Assembly (NCBI RefSeq): GCF_032444005.1
Contig: NC_091284.1
Location: 103,726,001 to 103,790,000, forward strand
Direction of reading: 5' to 3'
Source: Ranitomeya imitator
Lineage: Eukaryota
DNA: 64,000 nucleotides
Shown here piece after piece: positions 1-12,855 of the stretch (its first letter is position 1; each line of letters begins with the position of its first letter). The notes below the pieces were generated by a model. It worked only from the letters and a program-made list of their open reading frames with translations, searched no databases and was not told the origin of the DNA. The translations under genes were made by a program, and so were the position numbers.

Positions 1-420
1 TATACTATGAGGGCGCTGCTTTACACTCTGGGAGGCTGCATTATACTCTTAGGGGGCTGCATTATACTCTGAAGGGGCTGCATTATACTGTGTGTGGGGC
101 CTGCATTGTACTGTGTGTGAGGGGACTGCATTATACTTTGTGTGAAGAGGGCTGCACTATACTGTGTGTGTGTTTGGGGGGCTGAATTATGCTGTGTGTG
201 TGGGGCTGCATTATACTCTGAGTGGGCTGCATTATACTCAGAAGGGGCTACATTATACTGTGTGGGGGCTGCATTATATTCTGAGGGGGCTGAATTATAC
301 TCTGAGAGGAGCTGCATTGCATTGCTCTATGAGGGGTCTGCATTATACTCTATAAGGGGGCTGCAGCATACTCTGAGGGGGGCTGCATTATACTCTATCA
401 AGGACCATGGGGAGTGCATT
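1..420. repeat. Degenerate ~21-23 bp minisatellite (GGGGCTGCATTATACT core), runs off the left edge
   Basis: Repeated ggggctgcattatactctg/ctgtgtg units. The ORFs here are repeat artefacts. Confidence 0.9.
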
Positions 421-881
421 TAACTATTTGTACTATCTGGGACCTGCATTATACTGTATCGAGGACTATCTGTACCAATCATTCTTCCTCAGCCAGAGTA
501 AGGTTAGGTGCACACGGTCATTGAACAATGCGGTTTGGACGCTGTGTACTTGTGCAGCGTCCAAATGTTACAGCATAGTGGATGGGATTTCAAGAAATCC
601 CATGACCACTATGTGTGCACAGACACCAGCGGCTCACCTGCAGACACGAACATGCAGCACATCTCCCCAGACCGCAGCATGTCTATTTATCTTGCAGAGA
701 AGTGAGCTTCCGCAGGATAAATTTCACTTGTAAAATGTATTTGTGAGATGAGGCCAGGGAGGTAGCCATGGCCGAGTGCAATCCCTGTATCACACCCTGG
801 CCCCCTCTCTCTATACAGTAATGTCTCTTCCTCTGCATGCCTGGGTACTGCATCTCTGCGCCATCAGGGTCCCCCCTGAGC

Positions 882-1630
882 TGTATTGGGTTCCTTGCAG
901 GCTGTTTCACAATAACAGAGACACAGTCTGGCTTTACTTCAACATCAACAGCTTTGCTCAGCACATCAAGACATTTCCAGTATCATCATCAGGCTTCACA
1001 ACAGATGACGTTCTTTCTGTCCCTTTCCTTTTCTCCTTCTCACTAAGCTCGTTTCCAGGAAGGACCGTACCTTTTGGTCCCTCAGCGTCCAGATTCCTTG
1101 CCTTTTGTGGGGGGGGGAAGCCCTCAGTCGCTTTGCCCCGGATCTGAGGACCGCTGCCCACACAAAAAACTGCCACATGATGAGCGACCTGCCCATACGG
1201 CTTAGCCTCCTTCTTAGCATATACAGTCCCAGTAATATTGTATCTGCTAGCACTGCTGTTGTTGTTCCTTCAGATGAGAACCGGCCCCGGGATGCTATAG
1301 GCTGGGTCTCACTCTCCTTGAACGTTGCATGGCAGCCAGTACGTGAGCTACATGGGCGCCCGGCCCCAACTGCCAATGCCAGGAAGCCCTCATTATCTTA
1401 ACCCACCGTGCCCCTCCTATGTTAACCATTTACAAGGACCAATTCAAAAACTGAAGTGTGCCCCATCTTGTGGCGAAATGTGGGTACTACTCTTTCTCTG
1501 AATACCACAATGCACACATACATGCAGTTATAAATTATAGCGTTATAATACAGCAGCAATATTAAATATGTCTAAAGGGGTTGGGGAAAAGTGCTATAAA
1601 TATTACAACCTCTTACATTCCCCCTTTCTT
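882..1630 (-). mobile_element. Putative 3' LTR preceded by a polypurine tract
   Basis: Minus strand reads AAGAAAGGGGGAA (1630-1618) directly followed by TGTAAGAGG (1617). AGTAAA lies near 940 and a possible end ...CCAATACA at 882. No partner LTR or TSD found. Confidence 0.35.
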
Positions 1631-1699
1631 AAAACTTTGTCATCCCTGACCAATATAACATTTTTATTTTTACAACTAATACTCTACGATAGACAACAG

Positions 1700-2070
1700 A
1701 AGCACCAAAAAAAGCAGTCAGAGAACGTCCAGTAATGAAAATATTAAACAACTTTATTGGTTAAAAAGAGACACACAGGTATGCAGCATGGCAGGCAAAA
1801 CGGATCCCCTATACGAGCCCACACACACATCTCATCTCATGTAAAAGGACCGAGCTAAGGTGCACAGTATTCCATCATGGACCATGTACAAAACACATCC
1901 ATATATATTTTTAAATAGCATCAATAGTGCAAAAGCATCAATTACTGGTACTCATGACCCTAAAGACAAGTGTCAGATATATAGTACATACCACAGTAGT
2001 GGGTCAATAGAATGTGCACCGAAGTCCAGTCCTCCCCGACGCGCGTTTCGGCGGGTAGCCTTCCTCAGGG
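1700..2070 (-). mobile_element. Penelope-like pseudo-LTR relic (hammerhead-like motif followed by AATAAA)
   Basis: HHR-like motif at 2070-2034, AATAAA on minus at 1758-1753. The 5' side is replaced by a MITE, with CAGGG microhomology at the junction. Confidence 0.55.
2034..2070 (-). ncRNA. Minimal type-I hammerhead ribozyme-like motif
   Basis: Minus strand: CC-CTGAGGA-A-GGC-TACCC-GCC-GAAAC-GCGC-GTC-GGGG. CUGANGA and GAAA cores, GUC triplet and 3-bp helix II are present. Helix I is only 2 bp and there is one extra A. Confidence 0.55.
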
Positions 2071-2542
2071 CCGCGCTTAGTAACCCGATGTTTACCCTGG
2101 TTACCAGCGTAAAAGTAAAAAAAAACAAACAGTACATACTTACCTACCGCTGTCTGTCCCCGGCGCTCCGCTTCTCTGCACTCCTCTGCACTGACTGTGA
2201 GCGTCGGTCAGCTGGAAAGCAGAGCGGTGACGTCACCGCTCTGCTTTCCGGCCGCTGTGCTCACAGTCAGTGCAGAGGAGTGCAGAGAAGCACAGCGCCG
2301 GGGACAGACAGCGGTAGGTAAGTATGTACTGTTTTTTTTTTTACTTTTACGCTGGTAACCAGGGTAAACATCGGGTTACTAAGCGCGGCCCTGCGCTTAG
2401 TAACCCGATGTTTTCCCTGGTTACCCGGGGACTTCGGGATCGTTGGTCGCTGTGTGACAGCTCTCCAGCGACCAAACAACGACGCTGCAGCGATCGACAT
2501 CGTTGTCGGTATCGCTGCAGCGTCGCTTAGTGTGACGGTACC
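2066..2542. mobile_element. PIF/Harbinger-type MITE (left end missing) with a ~330-bp internal palindrome
   Basis: 2070-2395 is self-complementary around GTGACGTCAC. Right end is ...GTGTGACGGTACC followed by TTTA. Confidence 0.6.
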
Positions 2543-2833
2543 TTTACACATGGTAAGGTTTCTAATATTAGTGCAAGACTATCCCAAACAGGGTCACCTT
2601 GCTGTGGTGGGATGGCTTTTATGCTTTTTTGATCAAAACAGTGTTTGCTAAGAACCCTGTGTCATGTAAATGCACTTTTGCCTTTTTACTTATTTTTTTT
2701 ACAGCAGGGTATATGATTATTTTTTTTCTTGTAGGTTTTGTCTGTTTAATGACCAATGTGAACATGTGTTTGTGCTCCATATATACCAACTTAAACCCAA
2801 ACCCAATTTTTTTTTTTTTTTTACCCTCATATA

Positions 2834-4774
2834 TCTACTATATAATTGTCTAAGGGTCACTTCCGTCTTTCTGTCTGTCTGTCTCTCCTTCTGTCTATCA
2901 CGGATATTCATTGGCCACGACCTCTGTCTGTCATGGAATCCAAGTCGCTGATTGGTCTCGCCAGCTGCCTGTCATGGTTGCCGCGACCAATCAGCGACGG
3001 CCACAGTCCGAGTAGTCCCTCCCCTACAGTCAGCGCCCGGTGCCCGCTCCATACTTCCCGCAGTCACTGCTCACACAGGGTTAATGCCAGCGGTAACGGA
3101 CCGTGTTATGCCGCGGGTAACTCACTCCGTTACCGCCGCTATTAACCCTGTGTGACCAAGTTTTTACTACTGTATTGATGCTGCCTATGCAGCGTCAATA
3201 GTAAAAACATCTAATGTTAAAAATGATTAAAAAAAAATAAAAAATCATTATATACTCACCTTTCGCCGCCTTTCCCGCTCCTGGCTACGGTCCGGTGACC
3301 GCTCCATGCAAGCAGCAGGTTCCGGTGGTATGGGAGAAGGACCTGCCATGACGTCACGGTCACGTGACCACGACATCATCACAGGCCCTGCACGACAAGG
3401 ACCTGCCATGATGTCACGGTCATGTGATCGAACTACAACTGGCCCTTGGAAGGTGAGTATATGGTTTTTTTTTAACCTGTGAGATACGTGGATGGGCAAT
3501 ATACTACGTAGCTGGGCAATATACTACGTGACTGGGCAATATACTACGTGGCTGGGCAATATGCTCTGTGCTGTATACTACGTGGCTGGGCAATATACTA
3601 CGTCGCTGTGCAATATACTACGTGGCTGGGCAATATACTACGTGGCTGGGCAATATACTACGTCACTGGGTAATATACTACGTGGCTGGGCAATATACTA
3701 CGTGGCTGGGCAATATACTACGTCACTGGGTAATATACTACGTGGCTGGGCAATATGCTCTGTGCTGTATACTACGTGGCTGGGCAATATACTACGTCGC
3801 TGTGCAATATACTACGTGGCTGGGCAATATACTACGTGGCTGGGCAATATACTACGTCGCTGTGCAATATACTACTTGGCTGGGCAATATACTACGTGGC
3901 TGGGCAATATACTACGTCACTGGGTAATATACTACGTGGCTGGGCAATATACTACGTGACTGGGCAATATACTACGTCGCTGTGCAATATACTACGTGGC
4001 TGGGCAATATACTACGTGCCTGGGCAATATACTACGTCACTGGGTAATATACTACGTGGCTGGGCAATATACTACATGCCTGGGCAATATACTACGTCAC
4101 TGGGTAATATACTACGTGACTGGGCAATATACTACGTAACTGGGCAATATACTACGTGGCTGGGCAATATCCTACGTGGCTGGGCAATATACTACGTCGC
4201 TGTGCAATATACTACGTGGCTTGGCAATATACTACGTGCCTGGGCAATGTACTACGTCACTGGGTAATATACTACGTGGCTGGGCAATATACTACGTGCC
4301 TGGGCAATATACTACGTCACTGGGTAATATACTACGTGACTGGGCAATATACTACGTAACTGGGCAATATACTACGTGGCTGGGCAATATACTACGTGGC
4401 TGGGCAATATACTACATGGCTGGGCAATATACTACGTGGCTGGGCAATATACTATGTGACTGGGCAATATACTACGTCGCTGGGCAATATACTACGTGCC
4501 TGGGCAATATACTACGTGGCTCTGTGCTGTATACTACGTCACTGGGCATTATACTACATAACTGGGCAATATACTACGTGGCTGGGCAATATACTACGTG
4601 ACTGGGCAATATACTATGTGACTGGGCAATATACTATGTGGCTCTGTGCTGTATACTACGTCGCTGGGCAGTATACTATGTGGCTGGGCAATATACTATG
4701 TGGGCTGTGCTATATACTACGTGGACATGCATATTCTATAATACCCGATGCGTTAGAATCAGACCACCATCTAG
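2834..4774 (+). mobile_element. Non-autonomous Helitron-like element carrying a 20-bp minisatellite
   Basis: A|TC 5' end (2833/2834) and CTAG|T 3' end (4774/4775), no TSD. Degenerate subterminal hairpin cccgat...atcaga (4744-4763). Confidence 0.6.
3492..4715 (+). repeat. 20-bp minisatellite (GGGCAATATACTACGTGGCT)n, about 60 units
   Basis: Directly visible tandem array. Overlapping ORFs are repeat artefacts. Confidence 0.95.
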
Positions 4775-4794
4775 TTTATGTATAATCACCTTAA

Positions 4795-5163
4795 GGGTAC
4801 GTGCACACGTCAGGATTTCTTGCAGAAAGTTTCCTGACAAAAACCGGACATTTCTGCCAGAAATCCGCATGCGTTTATTCATGCATTTTTGACGCGTTTT
4901 TGGTGCGTTTTTGGTGCGTTTTTTCCCAAATGCATAGAATAGCGGGGAAAACGCAGAAAATCCACAAAATTAATGAACATGCTGCTTTTTTACCGCGATG
5001 CGTTTTTTTTTCGCGGAAAAAATGCATCATGTGCACAAAACATGCAGAATGCATTCTAAATGATAGGATGCATAATGTATGCGTTTTAATGAGTTTTTAT
5101 AGCATTTTTACCGTGAAAAAATGCGAAAAAAACGCGAAAAATCCTGAACGTGTGCACGTAGCC
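4795..5163. mobile_element. PIF/Harbinger (Tourist-like) MITE
   Basis: TAA|GGGTACGTGCACACG ... CGTGTGCACGTAGCC|TAA: terminal inverted repeats plus 3-bp TAA duplication. Confidence 0.75.
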
Positions 5164-5919
5164 TAAGAAACACAATATGCTGTGATATATGGAAGGTTTT
5201 CCATCCTGTACTGCAGGTTAGTGATTCTATTGTACCTGGGATTTCATTTTGATAGAACTGGCATCTGTAGCTGAAGAACAGGTTCAGCTTTTATTTCCTG
5301 CTCCTGATTAAATCTTTTGTGTCCTCATCAAGTAACATGATTGCCTTATATTTACTTTGTATTAATACATTTCCATAGCCATGTAGTATGGAATTATGTA
5401 ATATCTATGGTGGATTCACACATAAATTATCACAAAATCTTAGCAGTATAATGCAACATAAATGTAAAAAGGACACACTTAAAGGGAACCTGCCAGCACA
5501 ATTGAATGAATAAAAATAGTTTCTGCAAAAGCTTGCCTCCCCATAGAGGTTATACATTTTTGTTCAATGTCGGTCATGAGAATTCTAGCATAAAAGCCAT
5601 AGGAAAAGTAGAGAGGAAGTGCAAAGGGGATGTCTCCTGTACTTGGTCTGCTTCTTCCAAGTGCACTGACATACCCACAATGCACTTCAAGGATGATTTA
5701 CATTTGACTCCTATACTAGATTTCTCATGACTAGCACATCAGATTTGTACAAAAAAGATCTATCATTTTTATTCAGGCACTACTTCACTATGGTTCTACA
5801 GTAGGAACAGGAAATTGCATTAATTCCAGGGATGGATCCACCACATGACGGACATGACAGATACCAGTGGCACTAGGTGGACTTCATTGACTGATAATAG
5901 TTAATGGTTATCCATATTG

Positions 5920-8900
5920 TTTGCAGGACGATGTGGGGGTCATTATATTGTTTGCAGGACGTTGTGGGGGTCATTATATTGTTAGCAGGGCTATGTGGGG
6001 TCATTATATTGTTAGCAGGGCTATGTGGGGGTCATTATATTGTTTGCAGGGCTATGTGGGGGCCATTATATTGTTAGCATAGCAGGGCTATGTGGGGGCC
6101 ATTATATTGTTAGCATAGCAGGGCTATGTGGGGGTCATTATATTGTTTGCAGGACTATGTGGGGGTCATTTTGTTAGCAGGGCTATGTGGGGGTCATTAT
6201 ATTGTTTGCAGGGCTATGTGGGGGCCACTATATTGTTTGCAGGGCTATGTGGGGGTCATTATATTGTTTGCAGGGCTATGTGGGGGCCATTATATTGTTG
6301 TCAGGGCTATGTGGGGGTCATTATATTGTTGTCAGGGCTATGTGGGGGTCATTATATTGTTTGCAGGACTATGTGGGGGTCATTATATTGTTTGCAGGAC
6401 TATGTGGGGGCCATTATATTGTTTGCAGGGCTATGTGGGGGCCATTATATTGTTGTCAGGGCTATGTGGGGGTCATTATATTGTTGTCAGGGCTATGTGT
6501 GGGTCATTATATTGTTTGCAGGACTATGTGGGGGTCATTATATTGTTTGCAGGGCTATGTGGGGGCCATTATATTGTTGTCAGGGCTATGTGGGGGTCAT
6601 TATACTGTTGTCAGGGCTATGTGGGGGTCATTATATTGTTTGCAGGACTATGTGGGGGCCATTATATTGTTTGCAGGGCTATGTGGGGGTCATTATATTG
6701 TTTGCAGGGCTATGTGGGGGCCATTATATTGTTTGCAGGACTATGTGGGGGTCATTATATTGTTTGCAGGACTATGTGGGGGTCATTATATTGTTTGCAG
6801 GGCTATGTGGGGGTCTGTTGTGAATTCTGTTGTCGGGCTCCCTCCTGTGGTCATGAATGGTACTTCGGCTGGTTCTGTCCATGGACTTTCTCTGGTGGCT
6901 GTGGGTGTTTCTGAGTTTCCTTCCACAGGTGACGAGGTTAATTCGTTAGCTGGCTGCTCTATTTAACTCCACTTAGATCTTTGCTCCATGCCACCTGTCA
7001 ATGTTCCAGTATTGGTCTAGTTCACTCCTGGATCGTTCTTGTGACCTGTCTTCCCAGCAGAAGCTAAGTGACTGCTTGTTTTTCTCTGGTTTGCTATTTT
7101 TCTGTCCAGCTTGCTATTTTGATTGTTCTTGCTTGCTGGAAGCTCTGGGACGCAGAGGGAGCGCCTCCGCACTGTGAGTCGGTGCGGAGGGTCTTTTTGC
7201 GCCCTCTGCATGGTCTTTTTGTAGGTTTTTGTGCTGACCGCAAAGCTACCTTTCCTATCCTCAGTCTGTTCAGTAAGTCTGGCCTCACTTTGCTTAATCT
7301 ATTTCATCTCTGTGTTTGTATTTTCATCTTTACTCACAGTCATTATATGTGGGGGGCTGCCTTTTCCTTTGGGGAATTTCTCTGAGGCAAGGTAGGCTTT
7401 ATTTTTCTATCTTTAGGGCTAGCTAGTTCCTTAGGCTGTGCCGAGTTGCATAGGGAGCGTTAGGAGCAATCCACGGCTATTTCTAGTGTGGTTGATAGGA
7501 TTAGGGATTGCGGTCAGCAGAGTTCCCACGTCCCAGAGCTCGTCCTATATTATCAGTAACTATCAGGTCATTCCGTGTGCTCTTACCCACCAGGTCCATT
7601 ATTGTCCTGACCACCAGGTCATAACAGGGGTCATTATATTGTTGTCAGGGCTATGTGGGGTTGATTACAGTATATAGTTTGCATGGCTATGTGGGGTTCA
7701 TTATCTTGTTTACAGGGCTATGTGGGGGCTATTATATTGTTTGCAGGACTATGTGGGGGGCACTATATTGTTAGCAGGGCTATGTGGGGGTTATTATACT
7801 GTTAGCAGGGCTATGTGGGGGTCATTATATTGTTTGCAGGACTATGTGGGGGGTCATTATATTGTTGGCAGGACTATGTGGGGGTTATTATATTGTTTGC
7901 AGGACTATGTGGGGGTCATTATATTGTTTTCAGGGCTATGTGGGGGTCATTATATTGTTTGCAGGGCTATGTGGGGGTCATTATATTGTTTGCAGGGCTA
8001 TGTGGGGGCCATTATATTGTTTGCAGGACTATGTGGGGGTCCTTATATTGTTTGCAGGGCTATGTGGGGGTCATTATATTGTTTGCAGGGCTATGTGGGG
8101 GTCATTATATTGTTTGCAGGGCTATGTGGGGGTCATTATATTGTTTGCAGGGCTATGTGGGGGCCATTATATTGTTTGCAGGGCTGTGGGGGCCATTATA
8201 TTGTTTGCAGGGCTATGTGGGGGCCATTATATTGTTTGCAGGACTATGTGGGGGTTATTATATTGTTTGCAGGGCTATGTGGGGGTCATTATATTGTTTG
8301 CAGGGCTATGTGGAGTTGTTTATCTTGTTTGCATGGCTATGTGGGGTTCATTATCTTGTTTGCAGGGCTATGTGGGGGCTATTATATTGTTTGCAGAGCT
8401 ATATGAGGGTCATTATATTGTTTACAGGGCTATGTGGGGGCTATTATATTGTTTGTAGAGCTATGTGAGGGTCATTATATTGTTTGCTGGGCTATGTAGG
8501 GGTCATTATATTGTTTGCAGGGCTATGTAGGGTTCATTGTCTTGTTTGCAGGGCTATGTGGGGGCTATTATATTGTTTGCAGAGCTATATGAGGGTCATT
8601 ATACTGTTTACAGGGCTATGTGGGGGCCATTATATTGTTTGTAGAGCTATGTGAGGGTCATTATATTGTTTGCAGGGCTATGTGGGGGTCATTATATTGT
8701 TTGTAGAGCTATGTGAGGGTCATTATATTGTTTGCAGGGCTATGTGGGGGTCATTATATTGTTTGTAGAGCTATGTGAGGGTCATTATATTGTTTGCAGG
8801 GGAATGTGGGGTTCATTACATTGTTTGCAGGGCTATGTAGGGGTCATTATATTGGTTGCAGGGCTATGTGGGGGTCATTATATTGTTTTTAGAGCTATGT

Positions 8901-9070
8901 GAGGGTCATTACATTGTTTGCAGAGCTATGTGGGGTTCATGATATTGTTTGCACGCCTATGTGGGGGCCATTATGCTGTTTGCAGGATTAAATGGGGGTC
9001 ATTATATTGTTTGCAGGGCAAAGTGAGGTCCATTATATTGTTTGAGGGCTATGTTTGGGCCATTATACTG
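5920..9070 (+). repeat. 31-bp minisatellite (GGGGGTCATTATATTGTTTGCAGGGCTATGT)n, interrupted by a solo LTR at 6816-7626
   Basis: 31-nt period visible directly. The array resumes after the LTR and degenerates toward 9070. Confidence 0.95.
6816..7626 (+). mobile_element. Solo LTR (TGTT...AACA) with 6-bp TSD GGGGTC
   Basis: TGTTGTGAATTC...GGTCATAACA flanked by ggggtc (6810-6815 and 7627-7632). Homologous to 62297-63091 on the opposite strand. Confidence 0.85.
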
Positions 9071-9404
9071 TAGGCAAGCAATTATACAGAGTAGAGGATT
9101 GTGTGAGGTCCATCATGTTGTGTGGGGACCCTTATGCTGTTTGGTGGGCTGTGTGGGGGGGCAGCATATTGTGTAGTGGGCTGCGTTGGGATCACGGGGC
9201 ATGATACAATGCTGGGGTCACCATACTTGCCTGGAGGAGGGGGAATACAAAATTGTGCAATTATATGATTTTTTTTCTTTGTGTATGTGGGAAAGGGGGG
9301 ATTTAAAACTTCTCCTATGAGGCCCCATGATTTATATACACATCCCTGGCCATCACCAAGCTCTTCCAGTCTTAGCAGCAGCCTCAAACCTTATAGTTAC
9401 TGAG

Positions 9405-9716
9405 TAGTGATGAGCGAATATACTCGTTGCTCGGGTTTTCCCAGACCACGCTCGGGTGTCCTCCTAGTATTTTTAATTGCTCGGAGATTTAGTTTTCATC
9501 ACCTCAGCTGAATGATTTACAGCTATTAGCCAGGCTGAGTACTTGTGGGGATTCCCTAGCAAACAGGCAACCCCCACATGTACTCAGCCTGGCTAGCAGC
9601 CGTAAATCATTCAGCTGAGGCGATGAAACCTAAATCTCCGAACACTAACAAATACTCTGAGACCACCCAAGCGTGCTCGGGAAAACCCGAGCAATGAGTA
9701 CACTCGCTCATCATTA
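9405..9716. mobile_element. 312-bp foldback hAT MITE with 8-bp TSD TTACTGAG
   Basis: TIR TAGTGATGAGCGA / TCGCTCATCATTA. TSD at 9397-9404 and 9717-9724. The whole element is near-palindromic. Confidence 0.9.
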
Positions 9717-10117
9717 TTACTGAGCTGTAGCACAGCTTTTGCAACCACAGCAACAGCCCCAGAGGGAATGATCACTGAGCCGTAATCTTCTCCTCAATCA
9801 AAATTCAAAATTAACCTGTACATTCTTGTGGAGTGTAGGAGGATTTTACCCACTGTCAGGTTCAAATCAAAGCCCGTAGTGCTGCAAGAGAGCAGTGAGA
9901 TCAGCAATAAAATTAGCGCAAAAAAAGATAGTAAATAATAATATATATATTTTTCATCATAAATTGGACACTTATCCTAAAAATTTGTTTTTGCCAACTA
10001 GATGAATGAATGGCAAACAGTAATCCGTGTTTCATCAACAAAATGTGACCATTAAATAAAATCACAAAGAAATGACATCAAATGTTTAGTGGAATGGCTT
10101 CCTCTATACCTGCACAC

Positions 10118-11444
10118 TATTGATGAGCGAACATGCTCTGATAAGGTGTTATCCAAGCATGCTCAGGTGCTAACCGAGAGACTTCGTCACACTTGAAAAA
10201 TAAGTTTGAGTCTCTGTGGCTGCATGTCTCCCAGCTGTTCGACAGGTGCAACTGTGGCACCCCAGGAGTTTGGGTACCACAGTAATGCTGCCTTCCTCTC
10301 GGGGAGGGTAGTGCTATGCCTGGAAATAAGAGGGATCTCTTTGGCAGGTAAATCACACACACACAACACCTTCTGAATCCAGGCCAGGAGAGGAAGCTCA
10401 AAACCCTGTTTTAGGGCAGCTTCCCTGGATAAAGATCCTGGTTTGGAGGAGGAGCTAGTTTAGTCTGGATCAGACAGTCTGGAGAGCAGACAGGAAAGGA
10501 GCAAAGGAGAGATTTCAGAGTTCAAGGAGGCTACAAGAGGGCCTCCGAGGGGCCAAAGCGCAGAAACTGGGTACCAGGAGCCCGAGGCTAGAGTGGAACT
10601 GTAGGACACCTAGCAGAACCGTAGGGCACAGAACTACACGTATACTGCCCAAATTAAGCCTGTGGTACAGCAGCACCCTGGAGCCTGGAGTGACTGTGCA
10701 GAAACCCCAGAAGGAACGGCTCAAGCTGCCTACCATACAGGTACCAATCCCAGGACAGGGGAAGGAACCTGGACCTTGTTAGGACATTACAGACAGCAAG
10801 GGACTATAGGAAGCGTGCAGTGGAAGGCTCCCAACCTGACTTGCCAAGGGGATTCCACTTGTTGCCTGTGCCTGTGCTCCTAATGTACCTGTTACCGGTA
10901 CCCTGGACTGTGGCCTGCCAACTGCAGTAACCAGGTAAAGATTTTACAACTTGTGTCCTTTACTCATTGACCGGCAAACACCATCATCGCCATACACTCT
11001 AGGAACCCTGGGGACCCCGCTTCACCTGTGGGAAGCGTCACCATTATTGCTGCAACAACATCCCCCACAGGACCCCTTTAAAGCAGCGTCGGTCCTCCTA
11101 TTGACTGAACACCACAGGTGGAGACTTATTCACAATTCCCCTTTAAAGACCATTCCACTTTACAGTGAGTCCCAGGGCCTCGGACCTGGTCGCAGCCACC
11201 GTGACATCCCCTTTAATAGCCGACCCGACCTGGCACCGAGTACCCTGCCCTGGTGGGCGACTCGCAACATATGCAGGGATTGCCTAAGAAACAGGTAATC
11301 CGTGCATGGGCTGTGTGTGTCGAACAGCCGGTAGACATGCAGCCACGGAGACTTGAACATATTTTTCGAGCGCGCGGAAGACACTTGGTTAGCACATGAG
11401 CATGCTCGGATAACACTTTATCAGAGAACGTTCGCTCATCACTA
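10118..11444. mobile_element. hAT MITE with a nested solo LTR
   Basis: TATTGATGAGCGA ... TCGCTCATCACTA. 8-bp flanks CTGCACAC / CTGCAGAC (1 mismatch). Confidence 0.8.
10253..11264 (+). mobile_element. Solo LTR, probably Gypsy-type, with 4-bp TSD CAAC
   Basis: Starts TGTGGCACCCC and ends GGGCGACTCG. The related copy at 63564 ends GGTGACTCA. CAAC at 10249-10252 and 11265-11268. Confidence 0.75.
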
Positions 11445-11929
11445 CTGCAGACTCCAATATTGAGCACAGTCCTTATGCAACATGAATTTCTGTGTGGCTT
11501 CCTACAACACATACAGTTTGTTGTACATATCTGTGTCTGCAGATTATAAGACAATACACAGTCCGCCAAATGATGTTTGATGCTGATGGTTCTAGCTCCT
11601 GATATTTAGAGCCAGCTTGAGTCGATCAATCATCCTGACAGAAGTCACTGACACATCACTTCTATGTACATTGTGGGTTTTTATATCAACTCACTAATTA
11701 CCTGAATTCTTCTCGAGGAGAATTACAGCTTCTTATTCTTTGCAGTTCCCTGATAATTAGATCCTGGAGAGATTATTGATGACCAATGTAATCTCTGGTG
11801 CAAACCTTCTGATAAATAACTAATCTGAGTGAAGTAGATAAACCCACTACCTGCATGCATTCCTGTGTAACCAGATACTAGTCACTTTACATTTTGGCTA
11901 AAGAAATACAACTGTAGATGTAGTAATAA

Positions 11930-12408
11930 GGCCGGGTTCACATTGCGTTAGAGGCGTCCGTTAGATGGAGTATGTTACACCGCGGCATAACGTGGTGTAA
12001 CACAGTCCGTTTACGCCACCATTAAGTCCTATGTCGGACGCATCGCTAGCACACGCCCACAATGGGCATGCGTTAGGCTACATTCACATTTGCGCCTTTG
12101 GGCGCAGTGTCGTCGATGCATACCGACGCATGCGTCATGCGCCCCTATCTTTAACATGGGGGGCGCATGGACATGCGCCGGTATGCGTTGTACTGCGTTT
12201 TACGATGCATGCGTCATATAGACGCACAGACAGGGCGCAGAGGACGCTACTTGTAGCGTTTTTCTTGCGCCGAAATTCCTGCTCTGTGCTTTCTTATGAC
12301 AACGCATGCGTCGCAAAATTCAGCGTTGTGCACATGCGTTGTTGGATGCGTTGTTGGTTGCGTCGCGTCGCCGACGCTGCACCCAACAACGCAAATGTGA
12401 ACGTAGCC
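11930..12408. mobile_element. Harbinger-type MITE (12076-12408, TTA TSD) nested in a partial second Harbinger MITE
   Basis: TTA|GGCTACATTCACATTTGCG ... CGCAAATGTGAACGTAGCC|TTA. The outer element begins TAA|GGCCGGGTTCACA. Confidence 0.7.
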
Positions 12409-12855
12409 TTAGCGATGTGCCGTCATTGAGTGACGGACCCTGGGATACCAAAGCTCTGAAATTGTAGTGTTTGTAGTGTGTTGAAATGTCTGGCAGCAGC
12501 TCTTTCATAGAGAACACATGAGCACTCGACCGACCTGAGCACTCCTGTGTATAGAGTCAGCAGAGATATCTGTTGATCAAATGACTGATCACCCAACACA
12601 GCCACCTAAATTATATGGGATCTTCACAACTAAAATCAGCCCGTACAGTTTAGCCAGCGGTTGGCTGCTAGCAATACCTTTCAACCTTCAATTTCCCAAA
12701 AATCACAAGTTTATCAGTAGAAGTGTAACAAGCTGCCGCCAGACATCTTTGCTGTATGAAGTCTTACTTCATTCTGGAACAATTGGCTTGGGTATTGAAA
12801 CTCAACATTCCAGGTACTTCTGTCCCCCAACATTATCAGCCTGCTTCCATGTAAG

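Noticed and set aside
21-8468. Long ORFs in several frames (e.g. 3492-4601, 6126-6966, 7720-8468)
   Set aside because: They are translations of stop-poor minisatellites, open in multiple frames with periodic peptides.
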